Positions 63,674 through 64,000 of a stretch of DNA of 64,000 nt are shown here, in pieces (within the stretch, counting starts at the first letter, position 1; each line of letters starts with the position of its first letter). The position numbers were made by a program, and so were the translations under genes. The notes under the pieces are model-generated. The model saw nothing but the letters and a program-made list of their open reading frames with translations, ran no database searches and was not told the origin of the DNA. This DNA comes from a virus, in IMG/VR virus record IMGVR_UViG_3300042922_000923, positions 1 through 64,000 of that record. One strand, written 5' to 3'.

Positions 63674-63716
63674 CTAAGTGGACTAGTCTAAAATAATTTA
63701 GGCTAGTTTTTCTTTT
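63674..63716 (+). promoter_or_regulatory. Phage promoter-terminator element upstream of primase
   Basis: CTAAGTGG-N10-AATAATTT within an 11-bp stem, followed by a T-run. Confidence 0.65.
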
Positions 63717-63753
63717 ATATTTATATAGGGACTAAAAAGGAGTGAGAATTAAT

Positions 63754-64000
63754 ATGTTAATAGATATTCTTGCACAAGGTTTAGGAGAACCTGTATATAC
63801 AAATAGAGAATCTGAATACAGATTTGATTGTCCTCATTGTGGCGAAACTAAGCATAGGCTTTATGTATCTACTTCTAAGGGACTTTATAACTGTTATAAC
63901 TGTGGTGAGTTTAGTGGTCCTATAGTTGGACTTATAGCATATATACAAGGAATTAGTTATAAAGAAGCCTTTGAGTTATATAAGGAATATGCTAATGTTT
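63754..64000 (+). CDS. DNA primase, N-terminal Zn finger (partial)
   Basis: AAGGAG RBS; ...EYRFDCPHC...HRLYV....GLYNCYNCG...G; runs off the window end. Confidence 0.8.
   Translation, partial: MLIDILAQGLGEPVYTNRESEYRFDCPHCGETKHRLYVSTSKGLYNCYNCGEFSGPIVGLIAYIQGISYKEAFELYKEYANV

Larger units (their letters stand above)
1..64000. mobile_element. Large Firmicutes (Clostridium-like) phage-plasmid/prophage, replication and accessory region
   Basis: Phage-type replisome (PolA, gp32-like SSB, UvsW-like helicase, primase, SbcCD, RecU), YopX, tail-fibre-like genes, dense small ORFs, together with Rep_3 and ParMR; no core housekeeping operons. Confidence 0.9.

Noticed and set aside
26152-63699. CTAAGTGG/CTATGTGG/CTATATGG cores resemble the middle of clostridial type I-B CRISPR repeats
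   Set aside because: Copies are dispersed, lack the GTTTTA..TTAA and ATGTAAAT flanks, have no spacer periodicity and always precede genes; a promoter reading fits better
1-64000. tRNA/rRNA genes, integrase, transposase, reverse transcriptase
   Set aside because: No recognisable cloverleaf or rRNA sequence and no ORF with the corresponding catalytic motifs seen

Overview
AT-rich 64-kb segment of a large Clostridium-type (Firmicutes) phage-plasmid or extrachromosomal prophage; host assignment is inferred from gene content, GC level and strong AGGAGG-type RBSs. Genes run on the minus strand from about 55.7 kb to the window start and on the plus strand from 55.9 kb to the end. The window holds a nearly complete phage DNA-metabolism module: UDG-fused PolA, gp32-like SSB, 5'-3' exonuclease, DnaB-like and UvsW-like helicases, primase, SbcCD, RecU, SNF2/HARP-like helicase, NrdD/NrdG, Nudix, HU and DHH. 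It also holds plasmid functions (Rep_3 initiator, a second Rep-like gene behind paired DnaA boxes, ParMRC), four sigma factors, two tail-fibre/RBP-like genes and many small accessory ORFs. The most unusual signals are: (1) a 6.2-11.2 kb module of a VirB4/VirD4-class ATPase plus four pilin-like paralogues sharing a novel N-terminal leader; (2) about 12 copies of a CTA(A/T)GTGG-N9-11-AATAATT element in front of replication genes, often built into a G·U-supported terminator hairpin; (3) a 16-bp motif that starts on the stop codon of small accessory genes, suggestive of a cassette-shuffling site; (4) several structured RNA candidates and an RBS-sequestering hairpin on an RBP gene. No tRNA, rRNA or CRISPR array was recognised. 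All calls are by eye; no database searches were run.
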